NCBI GenBank assembly: GCA_964016885.1
Contig: OZ024744.1
Coordinates: forward strand, 78,926,001 to 78,990,000
Reading direction: 5' to 3'
Length of the DNA: 64,000 nt
Source: Eledone cirrhosa
Lineage: Eukaryota
Numbering within the stretch: the first letter of the stretch is position 1; each line of letters opens with the position of its first letter. The position numbers and the translations under genes are program-made. This document shows, one piece after another, positions 30,946 to 43,350 of the stretch. Below the pieces are notes generated by a model. The model was not told where the DNA came from, did not search any database, and saw only the letters and a program-made list of their open reading frames with translations.

Positions 30946-30966
30946 ATATATATATATATATATATA

Positions 30967-31642
30967 TCACTTTTGAGCTGACTTTTGGGATGCTCCCATA
31001 CAGCTCTGAGTTTTTCAATCTCAGTGTATACTGATTAATGTTCAGAGCCATCCTCAGCATTCTCGTGTAGCACCCATCCACCATCTGAGTGAGTTTCCTG
31101 GTCAGTGTCCAAGTCTCGGACCCATACAGCAGCACACTCCACTACAGCAATGAAGAGGCGGACTTTCAGGTCTCTACGAAGGTCCGACTTCCACACCGAT
31201 CTCAAGCTGTGGCATGCCGCCCAGGCCTTACTCTTCCTCTCAACCACATCATCTTCCGTATTCCCAATCTTTGCTCCCAAATACAGGAAGTCCTCAACCA
31301 ATTGCAGCGGCTTCCCGCCTACATTAGTGATCCCCCCTGGCTTCTCAACATTCTCTACCAGATATTTTGTTTTAGTCTCATTCATTCTCAGCCCCACACT
31401 CATCGAGGAGACTGAGGTTAGCTGGACATGCTCACCGACATCCAGAGTTGACATTGCACTCAGTGCTCCTTTGGGAGCCCCTACATGGACACACTAGAAG
31501 TGGAAGACCAAGGTTAACGTATGTTGATGCCCTAAGGACAGACACTGGTCTGTTGGAGACGCAGGACATGGCAGCGATGATGAGGGACAGAGACCGCTGG
31601 AGAGAACTCGTCCATGGATCTCGGGAATTTTACCCGCCTTAG
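30967..31642. mobile_element. RTE LINE of a different family with a 5' inversion
   Basis: Minus 30967-31453: VEDFLYLG...LLYGSETW; plus 31450-31642: GRPRLTYVD...DRDRWRELV*. Confidence 0.85.
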
Positions 31643-31679
31643 ATATATATATATATATATATATGTATGTATATATATA

Positions 31680-31950
31680 ACCCATCATAGAGAAACCTTT
31701 TGTGGCCAACAGCGGTATAAGCTCTCTGAACCTTTTCCATCCCGTTCTAACTCTGGCTACTGTACTTTCAGAACAACTACCACCACTGCTAATTTTGTCA
31801 CCCAGGTAACGGAAAGTGTCCACTATTTCTATGGAACCATCTGGGCAGTAGACGGAGCTAGTATCCTGTGGGCACTTGTTACTCATTGCACTGAGCATCG
31901 GCCACATATAAAATCTGTTCTTAGATAGTTTACTTGTGATCCCACTACTT
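31680..31950 (-). mobile_element. RTE fragment continuing 30820-30945 in inverted orientation
   Basis: EIVDTFRYLGDKISSGGSCSESTVARVRTGW. Confidence 0.88.
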
Positions 31951-32640
31951 CTGTATATCTAATAACATGCTTCTAGTTACATTTATAAGTACTTTAGATA
32001 CTTTAATGACTTTCTAGTGTTATAATCGTTAAATATTTTCTAAATATTTTCTAAATATTTTCTAAATTTTCTAAGTTATATAACGATTATTATTTAATTT
32101 AATTTAATTTAATTCAGGTTACCTTTGGGTCAATGAAATCCTTAGGTTTTCACTTTCTCATGTTTGCAGACACATTATACTAATATATAAATTTAAAAAA
32201 AATGTTGTTGTATTTTTAAACTATATAGCTTGGATATTGGGCACTTTTAAGATTGCAAACAATTCACTTTTTTGCTTTGAATCTGGTTCTTATCCTTATG
32301 ATTCATGAAGTTTGACTTGTATATTTATAGTATATATGTATTACATGATCCTATTATAATAATTGATCTAAAACCTTAATTTTTAACAATATTATCAGTA
32401 ACTTATTTATTGTATTATTTTATGTTATATATAACTGATAGGTATCATCTTAATCTTTAGACAATATAATCTTTGTTTATATTTAGACAAATGCATATAT
32501 CTAATTTAATAATAACATTTTTTTAAGTTTAATTATAAGGCCTTTAGATGTTTTAAGGCATTCTAATTGTTAACTGTAATTATTTTATAAATTATATAAT
32601 GCAAATTATTTTCAATATAATATAAATAATTAAATATAAT

Positions 32641-32832
32641 ATAATTGTTTCTACTATTGGCACAAGGCCAGCAATTACCCAGTACATTACTGGTACTTTA
32701 TTTTATCGACCCTGTAAGGATGAAAGGCAAAGTTAACCTCGGCGGGATTTGAACTCAGAATGGCAAGGGCCGTAACTCTATGCGTCAAAGCATGGCATCC
32801 GACCCTCTACCGATACTGCCAATTCACCGCCT
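32641..32832 (-). mobile_element. full-length Meta-domain tRNA SINE
   Basis: A box, B box, Meta core and AT-rich tail. Confidence 0.88.
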
Positions 32833-33631
32833 CTTAATTAAATATAATATAATAAAATTTAATAAGAATTACCTTTGTGAGGATGAAAATATTATGTCTT
32901 CTTTCTGATTTTTGCAAATAATTTAAATATGATTTCATAAAATATGATTTTATAAATTAAATATGATAGTATACTTTAATATTAATACAGATATTTATAA
33001 ACTTTTATAGCCTGAAATATTATACACTTTGATTAATTCATTACTCTGAACTAACTTAAATGATTTGAAAGTTAACGGTCAACCGGATACGTTTGGATAG
33101 TATATATAACTAATTAACTAAGGACTGGAAATTAACCTTCATATAATTACACCCAGTTATATTTAGGATTTAGATTGATGAATACTTCTAGATAATTCAA
33201 TAATTTAAAGATTCTAGTTTACTCTTTCGCAAAGCTATGCCCAAATGTATAGTTCTGTATAGATATATATAATTTCATCCCTCCCTATGTTTTACACTAT
33301 AAAAATTATTCCTCTTTATCTCTCTCTTTGATCAATTCTCTTTTGCTCTCTATACCTCTACTAGCTATATTAACCCCTCATCTGCTTTTTCTCTCTGTCT
33401 TTCTTTTTTCTTTCCTCTTTCTTCAATAATTTAAATTATTTGAATCTCTAACAGTTATGTAAATTGCTGTTATGTATTTTTAAGCTTTCTCACATATATC
33501 TCACTGTATTATATGTAAGTTTTTTCATGTCTCAATCTTAAGGTATATAAATATTGAGTTTTGTCATATCTTAATCACTACCATGACTGGATCTTAACCA
33601 TCTACTATGTCAGGGTATGTCATGCATCATC

Positions 33632-33700
33632 TTATTTTATCTGATGGGGACGTACTGTTGAAGTTAGCTCAGTACCTCTGAAATATGTATAATAAAATAA
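33632..33700 (+). ncRNA. minimal type-I hammerhead ribozyme motif with A9->G core change
   Basis: Stem I ttattttat/ataaaataa; CTGATGG; stem II ggacgtactg/cagtacctct; GAAA; self-complementary ATATGTAT; AUA site. Confidence 0.65.
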
Positions 33701-33845
33701 ACTTGATCACAAGAAGTTCTATTTTTGTTAATATTTTGAATTAATATTAATAACTTTTTAACTCTGGAAAACCATATCAGTTGAATGCTTCCAATCTATT
33801 GAAAAACTCATTCTTTGATTTATTCATTGAACCTTGTCTAACCTT

Positions 33846-33847
<2 letters not shown>

Positions 33848-33882
<35 letters not shown>

Positions 33883-34128
33883 TATGTATGTATATATATG
33901 TATATATATATTTATATTTATATATATATGTATATATATATTTATATTTATATATGTATGTATATATATATTTATATTTATATATGTATGTATATATATA
34001 TTTATATATATATATGTATGTATATATATATTTATTTATATAAATGTATGTACATATATGTATATATATATATATATATATATAAATATAAATATGTATG
34101 TATATATAAATATGTATCTATATGTATG

Positions 34129-34172
<44 letters not shown>

Positions 34173-34220
34173 AATATGTATGTACATATATGTATATATA
34201 TATATATATATATATGTACA

Positions 34221-34259
<39 letters not shown>

Positions 34260-34965
34260 ATGTATAAATATGTATATATATATGTATGTATAAATATGTA
34301 TATATATATGTATGTATAAATATGTATGTATCTGTATGTATGTATGTATGTATATGTATGTATGTATATGTATGTATATATAAATATGTATGTACATACA
34401 TATATGTATGTATGTATGTATGTATATATATGTATGTATATAAATATGTATATATATATATATACATAAATATGTATATATATATAAATATGTATATATA
34501 TATAAATATGTATATATATATATATATAAATATGTATATATATATATATATAAATATGTATATATATATATATATAAATATGTATATATATATATATATA
34601 AATATGTATATATATATATATATAAATATGTATATATATATATATATATAAATATGTATATATATATAAATATGTATATATATATATATAAATATGTATA
34701 TATATATAAATATGTGTATATATATATATATAAATATGTATATATATATAAATATGTATGTATATATATATATAAATATGTATATATATATATATATAAA
34801 TATGTATATATATATATAAATATGTATATATATATATATAAATATGTATATATATATATATAAATATGTATATATATAAATATGTATGTATATATATGTA
34901 TGTATCTATATGTATGTATGTATGTATATATATATGTATATATATGTATGTATATATATATATAA
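33848..34965. repeat. TA array with a TATAAATATG unit
   Basis: Direct inspection. Confidence 0.97.
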
Positions 34966-34966
34966 T

Positions 34967-36859
34967 GTTATACTTGGGGAGGGTCATATTTGTGTAATAT
35001 TGCCAGAATTAATAACAGAACACACTAAGTTTGGTTGGTTTTCGCTTTTCGCTTCTGTGTCTTTTATATCGGCAATCTAATTTATTCGGTCCTCAATGTC
35101 GCCATTGACTGACCAATGGTCAAAAATAATACAGATACAATATCCTTAATGAGAGCTCCATAGACCTCATCATGTACTCTCGTTAAGTAGACGATATCAA
35201 TATAGTTATAAGAACACCCCCACTAGAGAGCACTAACAAGTTTGATTTAGAACGTAGCACAATGGAAAGCATCCAGCGGATAGCTAATTCCATACACCAG
35301 AGTATAACTGTAAATATCGACTTCCCTTCCAAACACCCTAACAATAGACTACCTGTATTAGACACAGAACTCTGGATTAACACTATAGACGAGAGAGCCC
35401 AAATTCTCCACTCACACTATGCTAAACCCATGGCCTCCAAATACCTGATACTCAAAAACTCAGCAATGTCCAGTAGTGCTAAGTTTAATATTCTGATCGC
35501 AGATTTGGTACGAGTGATGAAGAATGTATCCCGCATGTGCGACCCAACAGAAATGGAAAGACACATCCAACACTTCATCAACCGCATGCAGTTCTCTGGC
35601 TACAACCAAAGAGACAGAGTTAGAGTATACAAAGGAGCCACGGAGAAGTATAAGACCCTCATAGAACTGGACATGAAAGGAATTTGCCCATTATACAGGA
35701 GCAAATCATGGAATAGCTTAGATAGGGCTAGACATAAGATAGGGAAAGCCACCTCATGTGGTACGACAACCAGAGATATCAGAGTGTCATGTTTGTGGAC
35801 GCTACCCCTGGAGGGAAATTAGCTAACCAGTGTAGAAAGGCCCTGAGAAAGACCCACTTAAAAATTAAGGTGGTAGAAAAGCCAGGAACCACCATAAAAT
35901 TCCTGATCAGCAAAACCTACCCTTTTAAGAAAACCCACTGTACTAATAGGAAATGTATCATATGTAAGGTAAACCCCCGGATAAACTGTAAAACTAGAAA
36001 CGTAGTCTATAGCATAAGATGTACAGAGGGTACTTGCAGAAACATGACAACAACATACATAGGTGAGACAGCTCGTAGCATAGGTGAAAGGATAGAACAA
36101 CACTGGGGGGGAACTAAAAGGACGAAAAAACGGGTCAGTACTATACGAACATGCCAGACAACAACACGACGGTAACATAGACAACATAGAAATTAGAATA
36201 ATATCTAAACATAGAAATGACCCAGCAGATAGGCAAATCAGAGAGGCCAGTGAAATAGAACTTAGAAGGCCAAGACTAAACAGAAAGAATGAATGGAATA
36301 ACAACAACACCCAAACAAACAACACTGACCTAAGAGAAGTATAAATAAATAAATAAATATATAAATAAATAAATGAATAAATACATACACAAGCACAATA
36401 ACAACAAACACATATAAACACACACTAGTAAAGATAGAATACATTAACCAATACACAGTCACCCAATCACGAACACACATCAAACAAAACAGTATACACA
36501 CACGCAAACGCATGCGCAAAGAAGACAAAATAAAATAAACAAACAAACAAATAAATAAATATATAAACAGACTAAATAAAGATGGCGTAGACATACAATG
36601 TAACGGGAGGAAACAATAGCACCACTGACGATGTTACAGATGTGCAACGAAAGAACTTTGATAAACTATATATATGTGTTTGTGTCTATATTGTAACTGT
36701 ATTATTTTTGACCGTTGGTCAGTCAATGGCAACATTGAGGACCGAATAAATTAGATTACCGATATAAAAGACACAGAAGCGAAAACCAACCAAACAGTGA
36801 GTGTGTTCTGTTATTAATTCTGGCAATATTACACAAATATGACTCTCCCCAAGTATAAC
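34967..36859 (+). mobile_element. Penelope-like element (RT C-terminus plus GIY-YIG) with an inverted partial pLTR
   Basis: (Y)VDD remnant, LPVLDTEL, NVVYSIRC...YIGETARSIGERIEQH; 34967-35143 is the reverse complement of 36689-36859; hammerhead-like motif at 36622-36660. Confidence 0.92.
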
Positions 36860-36989
36860 AATATTTGTTTCGACACACGATTTCATATAAAAAACCTCGC
36901 AAAACTAATTCATATATATATATGTATATATATAAATCTGTATGTATTTATATATTTAAATCTGTATGTATATATATGTATGTATATAT

Positions 36990-37338
36990 ATCATCATTCA
37001 TCATCATCATTTCATTTTACGTCCGCTTTTTCCCTGCTTGCAAGGGTGGGACGGGAACTGATTCTGGCTTGTTTTCTACAGCTGGATGCCCTTCCTAACA
37101 CCAACCTCATTTACAGTGAGTACTGGGTGCTTTTTTTCCGTAGCCCCTACACGACCACTTTGCAGTGGAATGATATGGACCCCAGTCCCTATCATCTCAT
37201 TTCTACAGCTGAGTAAACTGGAGCAATGTGAAATAAAGTGTCTTGCTCAAGGAAACAACACATCACCCGGTCTGAGAATTGAACTCACAACCTTTCGATT
37301 GCAAGGCCAATGCTCTAACCACTAAGCCATGTGCCTCC
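36990..37338 (-). mobile_element. full-length CORE tRNA SINE
   Basis: Same family as 19617-20000. Confidence 0.92.
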
Positions 37339-37378
37339 ATATATGTATATATATATAAATATGTATGTATATATATAA

Positions 37379-37413
<35 letters not shown>

Positions 37414-37661
37414 TATATGTATGTATATATATATGTATGTATATATGTATGTATATATATATATATGTATATATGTATGTATATATGTATATATGTATGT
37501 ATATATGTATATATGTATGTATATATGTATATATGTATGTATATATGTATGTATATATGTATGTATGTATGTATATATATATGTATATATATGTATGTAT
37601 ATATATATGTATGTATATATATATATATGTATATATATGTATGTATATATATATATGTATG

Positions 37662-37694
<33 letters not shown>

Positions 37695-37722
37695 ATATAT
37701 ATATGTATATGTATGTATATAT

Positions 37723-37763
<41 letters not shown>

Positions 37764-38165
37764 TATATATGTATATATATGTATGTATATATATGTATAT
37801 ATATGTATGTATATATATGTATATATATGTATGTATATATATGTATATATATGTATGTATATATATGTATATATATGTATGTATATGTATGTTTATATAT
37901 ATATATATATGTATGTATATATATGTATATATATGTATATATATGTATGTTTATATATATATATGTATGTATATATATGTATATATATGTATATATATGT
38001 ATGTTTATATATATATATGTATGTATATATATGTATATATATGTATATATATGTATGTTTATATATATATATATATGTATATATATGTATGTTTATATAT
38101 ATATATATATGTATATATATGTATGTTTATATATATATGTATATATGTATGTTTATATATATATG

Positions 38166-38199
<34 letters not shown>

Positions 38200-38229
38200 T
38201 GTATGTATATGTATGTATGTATGTATATA

Positions 38230-38262
<33 letters not shown>

Positions 38263-38332
38263 ATGTATGTATGTATGTATGTATGTATGTATGTATGTAT
38301 GTATATATGTATGTATGTATATATTTATATAT
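37339..38332. repeat. (TATG)/(TA)n array with a TGTT variant block
   Basis: Direct inspection. Confidence 0.97.
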
Positions 38333-38881
38333 AGAAGCTCTTGTGCTTAAACAAAGACTCCGTTGGAGTGGTCACCTTGCCAGGATGAAGGATTCTAGAA
38401 TACCGAAACAACTCTTTTATGGAGAGTTGGTTAAAGGAAAACGACCGCCACATAAACCAAAAAAGAGGTATCAGGATTCCTTGAAGGCCTCTCTGAAAGA
38501 CGCTAACATTTCTGCTGATACATGGGAAAATATTGCTGCTGATCGTAATAAATGGAGAAAGACTGTATATGAGGGAAAAGTTGCCTTTGAGACATCTCGA
38601 ATCGCATACGAGAAAGTAAAGCGGGATGTGAGGAAGGGCATTGCTGTTGCACTTCCAGACGTCGAGGATCCTCCAATAGCGCTGACATGCAGTGTCTGTG
38701 CGAGACTCTGCCTAAGCAAAGCTGGACTCGAAAGTCATCTTCGCAGTCATAAAGTAAGACCAGTGGTTGACTATCAGGCTGCTGTTGGAGATGCTACTCA
38801 TCATGCTTGCCAAACATGTGGTAGAGAATGTAAATCAGCAGGAGGGCTCAAGCGACATGTATGTGTGTGTGTGTATGTATG

Positions 38882-38935
<54 letters not shown>

Positions 38936-39040
38936 TATTTATTTTTATTTTTTTATTTTTATTTATTTATTATTATAATTTTTTTTTTTTTTCCTTCTCC
39001 TCGTGCAATGACCATACTCGATAACGAGGGGGCAGCCATC
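38333..39040 (+). mobile_element. RTE LINE 3' fragment with C2H2 fingers
   Basis: [25 protein letters not shown]...[21 protein letters not shown]...[17 protein letters not shown]; overlaps in sequence with 28374-28510. Confidence 0.92.
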
Positions 39041-39102
39041 ATGTATATATGTATGTATATACATGTATGTATGTATCTATGTATGTATATATATATATAT
39101 AA

Positions 39103-39831
39103 AAAGGGCAAAGGAGCTCTTAAGAGTCAATGGCCATCCAAAATCACCGGGAGAGATGACCCCTTGGACTTTGTCAAGGCAGAATTCTAGGAGAAGGAAA
39201 ACTCTGATATAACACCTGCAACCCTGATGGTATCCAATGATGTTGACTTGTTCTTTTTGGTAAATATCATCTTGGTTAAGAGAGTGGGACTGGCTTTGTG
39301 CAGTGCCTTTGCTCACTATAAAAGCTTCACGGCACAGGCATTGCTTTATATCTGGAGATCTCTCTGCACTTGTCGTCACATGGTACCATGGGCCCAGCAC
39401 TATGTGTCAATAATTGTCACAAGTGTAGTGTTTGTACCAGAGTTTTCAAGTCGCTGGCTGGACTAAAAAGTCACACTCGTTCAGCGCATCGGTAGGGGTT
39501 CTCCTACATGGATATAAAGTAGTGGCCGTACTCGAAAACGAGTTGGCAACCACCATATATATATATGTATGTATGTATATGTATGTATGTATGTATGTAT
39601 GTATATATATATATATATTGCTTTATATCTGGAGATCTCTCAGCACTTGTCCTCACATGGTACCATGGGCCCAGCACTATGTGTCAATAATTGTCACAAG
39701 TGTAGTGTTTGTACCAGAGTTTTCAAGTCAAGTCGCTGGCTGGACTAAAAAGTCACTCGTTCAGCGCATCGGTAGTTCTCCTACATGGATATAAAGTAGT
39801 GGCCGTACTCGAAAACGAGTTGGCAGCCACC
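39103..39831 (+). mobile_element. two tandem truncated copies of the 1267-1874 element
   Basis: Near-identity to 1421-1874 and 1661-1874; each followed by a TA/TATG tract. Confidence 0.9.
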
Positions 39832-40199
39832 ATATATATATATAAATATGTATGTATGTATATATATATATATAAATATGTATGTATATGTATGTATATA
39901 TGTATATATATATATAAATATGTATGTATATGTATGTATGTATGTATATATATATATATAAATATGTATGTATATGTATGTATGTATATATATAAATATG
40001 TATGTATATATATATAAATATGTATGTATGTATGTATATATATATAAATATGTATGTATATGTATGTATATATATGTGTATATGTATGTATATATATGTG
40101 TATATGTATGTATATATATATATAAATATGTATGTATATATATATATAAATATGTATGTATATATATATATAAATATGTATGTATGTATATATATATAA

Positions 40200-40230
<31 letters not shown>

Positions 40231-40248
40231 TGTATGTATGTATGTATG
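39832..40248. repeat. TA/TATG array with TAAA variant
   Basis: Direct inspection. Confidence 0.96.
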
Positions 40249-40540
40249 TTTTCTCTTTCTCTTAATTTCGAGTATATTTTTTTGACCGGCTACCTTCCTG
40301 GTGGCAAGGTTGTAAAAGAAAAGAAATTGTCATCCCTTGAATCTCAAAAATGTTTTGCAAATTTTGAAGGTGCCAGCTATCGCAGCCATCTGCAGACTAT
40401 GAATTAGGGAGCTGCGCTTTTTGTCCGCAAATCCAAGTTCAGTCATACTTTGGTCCAAGCGGGTTGGTATATAACCCGTAGCTCCAATAATGATGGGTAT
40501 GAAGCTAAAGGTGTATCTTGGATACTGGATTTGTAAACTT
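40249..40540 (-). mobile_element. R4/Dong-like element extreme 3' end
   Basis: [22 protein letters not shown]...GTFKICKTF, homologous to the 25.9-kb element C-terminus; (TATG)n on both sides. Confidence 0.8.
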
Positions 40541-40728
40541 GTATGTATGTATGTATATATATGTATGTATGTATGTATATATATATGTATGTATGTATGT
40601 ATATATATATGTATGTATGTATGTATATATATATGTATGTATGTATATATATATGTATGTATGTATATATATATGTATGTATGTATGTATATATGTATGT
40701 ATGTATGTATATATGTATGTATGTATGT

Positions 40729-40768
<40 letters not shown>

Positions 40769-40849
40769 ATGTATGTATGTATGTATGTATGTGTGTGTAT
40801 GTATGTATGTATGTATGTATGTATGTATATGTATGTATGTATATATATG

Positions 40850-40884
<35 letters not shown>

Positions 40885-40951
40885 GTATGTATATATATAT
40901 GTATGTATATATATATGTATGTATATATATATGTATGTATATATATATGTA

Positions 40952-41006
<55 letters not shown>

Positions 41007-41305
41007 ATGTATGTATGTATATAAATGTATGTGTATGTATGTATATGTATGTATATATAAATGTATGTATATATAAATGTATGTATGTATATATATATAA
41101 ATGTATGTATGTATATATATATAAATGTATGTATATATATATATAAATGTATGTATGTATATATATAAATGTATGTATGTATATATATAAATGTATGTAT
41201 GTATGTATATATATATATATATATATGTATTTATGTTTATATATATATATATATATATAAATATGTATGTATATGTATGTATATATATATACATGTATAT
41301 ATATA
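40541..41305. repeat. (TATG)/(TG)/(TA) array
   Basis: Direct inspection. Confidence 0.97.
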
Positions 41306-41429
41306 TCTGTGTAGATCTGTCTGACAGATCCACACAATGATCGCGTCTCGAGCTGTCCGCCGGCGAAACAATTGTAACACACAATAAATTGAGTTCAGAT
41401 ACATCACTGATTTTTCGTTTTCTATTATA

Positions 41430-41892
41430 TCACACTTACACCTCTCCAAGACAATGTCACTGGACCGAGATCTTTGGCGCTACACAGTAATACAGAAGAC
41501 CCGCCTTACCTAAGTACAAAGTGAAACCTACTACAGTCAGTAGGCACCTCTAACAAAAATACACCCCCGTCCCACTACCCCCACTCCATCCACACCACCC
41601 CTTTCAATGTAAAGTTATGTTGGTACCACAACATCCAGTCTGAAACAAATGAGGTCGGGTAGGTGTCACAACAAAAAAACACACAGTCCACGCTGTAACG
41701 TGGCCGTGTAGGTAACACGGTAAAAACCTCCCAGTCTACACTGTAAACGTGGTTGGTGTTAGGAAGGGCATCCAGGCGTAGAAAACCCGCCAGACAGTCC
41801 TATACGAGCAAGACAACCAATCTTGCCTCAAGTGGGAAAAACCCCGTCCAAACCCATGCAAGCGTGGAAGATGGACGTTAAATGATGATGAT
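41430..41892 (+). mobile_element. RTE 3' end and 3'UTR
   Basis: Homologous to 15475-15932. Confidence 0.9.
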
Positions 41893-42120
41893 ATATATCA
41901 TCATTATCATCATTTTACATCCGCTTTACACTGCATACATATACATACATATATATATATATATTATATATATGTATATATACATATATATATACATTCA
42001 CACATTTGCATAATAGACCAATAATAAAATTAGTAACCCCACTATCCGGGAGCTTCCAACCGACATGGTCGCATTCTTTAAGGGTATGTCAATATTTGTT
42101 TATAAAACTGATCTATATTA

Positions 42121-42185
42121 TATTTTATCTGATGAAAGCGCACCATAATTTGCTTTGGTGTCCTTGAAATATGTATAATGAAATA
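42121..42185 (+). ncRNA. minimal type-I hammerhead ribozyme with intact core
   Basis: Stem I tattttat/atgaaata; CTGATGA 42129-42135; stem II aagcgcacca/tggtgtcctt; GAAA 42166-42169; self-complementary ATATGTAT; predicted cut after A42177. Confidence 0.78.
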
Positions 42186-42309
42186 AATATGGTTTTATAA
42201 ATATAGTTTCCATTTGTATTGTATTTTTACTCCAAAAATTTGTTGAGTGCTTTATATCGGTTATAAAAATATTTGCTTGTTGTATCCCAACAAATTAAAT
42301 ATAACTTCT

Positions 42310-42314
42310 ATATG

Positions 42315-42386
<72 letters not shown>

Positions 42387-42651
42387 TATGTATGTATATA
42401 TGTATGTGTATGTATGTATGTATGTATGTGTATGTATGTATGTATATATATATGTATGTGTATGTATGTATATATATATGTATATATATATGTATATATA
42501 TGTATGTGTATGTATTTATATGTGTATGTATGTATATATATATATATGGATGTATATGGATGTATATATATATATATATAGATGTATGTGTATATATATG
42601 TATGTGTATATGTATGTGTATATATATGTATGTGTATATATATATATACAT
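42310..42651. repeat. TA/TATG array
   Basis: Direct inspection. Confidence 0.96.
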
Positions 42652-42975
42652 GGAGACACATGGCTTAGTGGTTAGAGCATTGGCCTTGCAGTCGAAAGGT
42701 TGTGAGTTCAATTCTCAGACCGAGTGATGTGTTGTTTCCTTGAGCAAGACACTTTATTTCACATTGCTCCAGTTTACTCAGCTGTAGAAATGAGATGATA
42801 GGGACCCCAGTCCCTATCATTCCACTGCAAAGTGGTCGTGTTGGTGCCACGGCAAAAAAGCACTCAGCACTCACTGTAAATGAGGTTGGTGTTAGGAAGG
42901 GCATCCAGCTGTAGAAATCAAGCCAGAATCAGTTCCCGTCCCACCCTTGCAAGCAGGGAAAAGCAGAATGAATGA
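42652..42975 (+). mobile_element. full-length CORE tRNA SINE
   Basis: A and B boxes, CORE-like block, RTE-type tail. Confidence 0.92.
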
Positions 42976-42979
42976 ATGA

Positions 42980-43205
42980 AATACATATATATATTATTTA
43001 TATTTATATATATATATATATATATATATGTGTATATACATATATATATATTATTTATATATATATATATATATATATGTGTATATATACATACATATAT
43101 ATATTATTTATATTTATATATATATATATATATGTGTATATACATATATATATATTATTTATATATATATATATATATATATATGTGTATATATACATAT
43201 ATATA

Positions 43206-43250
<45 letters not shown>

Positions 43251-43350
43251 AGAATACATACATTACATATAGATACATATATGTATATACATACATATAC
43301 ATACATACACACACACCACACATACATACACACATATATATATATATATA
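42980..43350. repeat. TA array with a ~40-bp higher-order unit (TATTATT...TGTG...AC)
   Basis: About 5 repeats of the pattern; followed by a 90-bp RTE scrap ([11 protein letters not shown]). Confidence 0.93.

Noticed and set aside
41318-41380. Possible hammerhead TGT-CTGACAGA...GAAACAATTGTA-ACA
   Set aside because: Palindromic stem III and a short stem I are present, but the core has an extra base and no convincing stem II
42652-42725. tRNA-like sequences with A and B boxes
   Set aside because: No complete acceptor stem; they continue into SINE bodies and are multicopy
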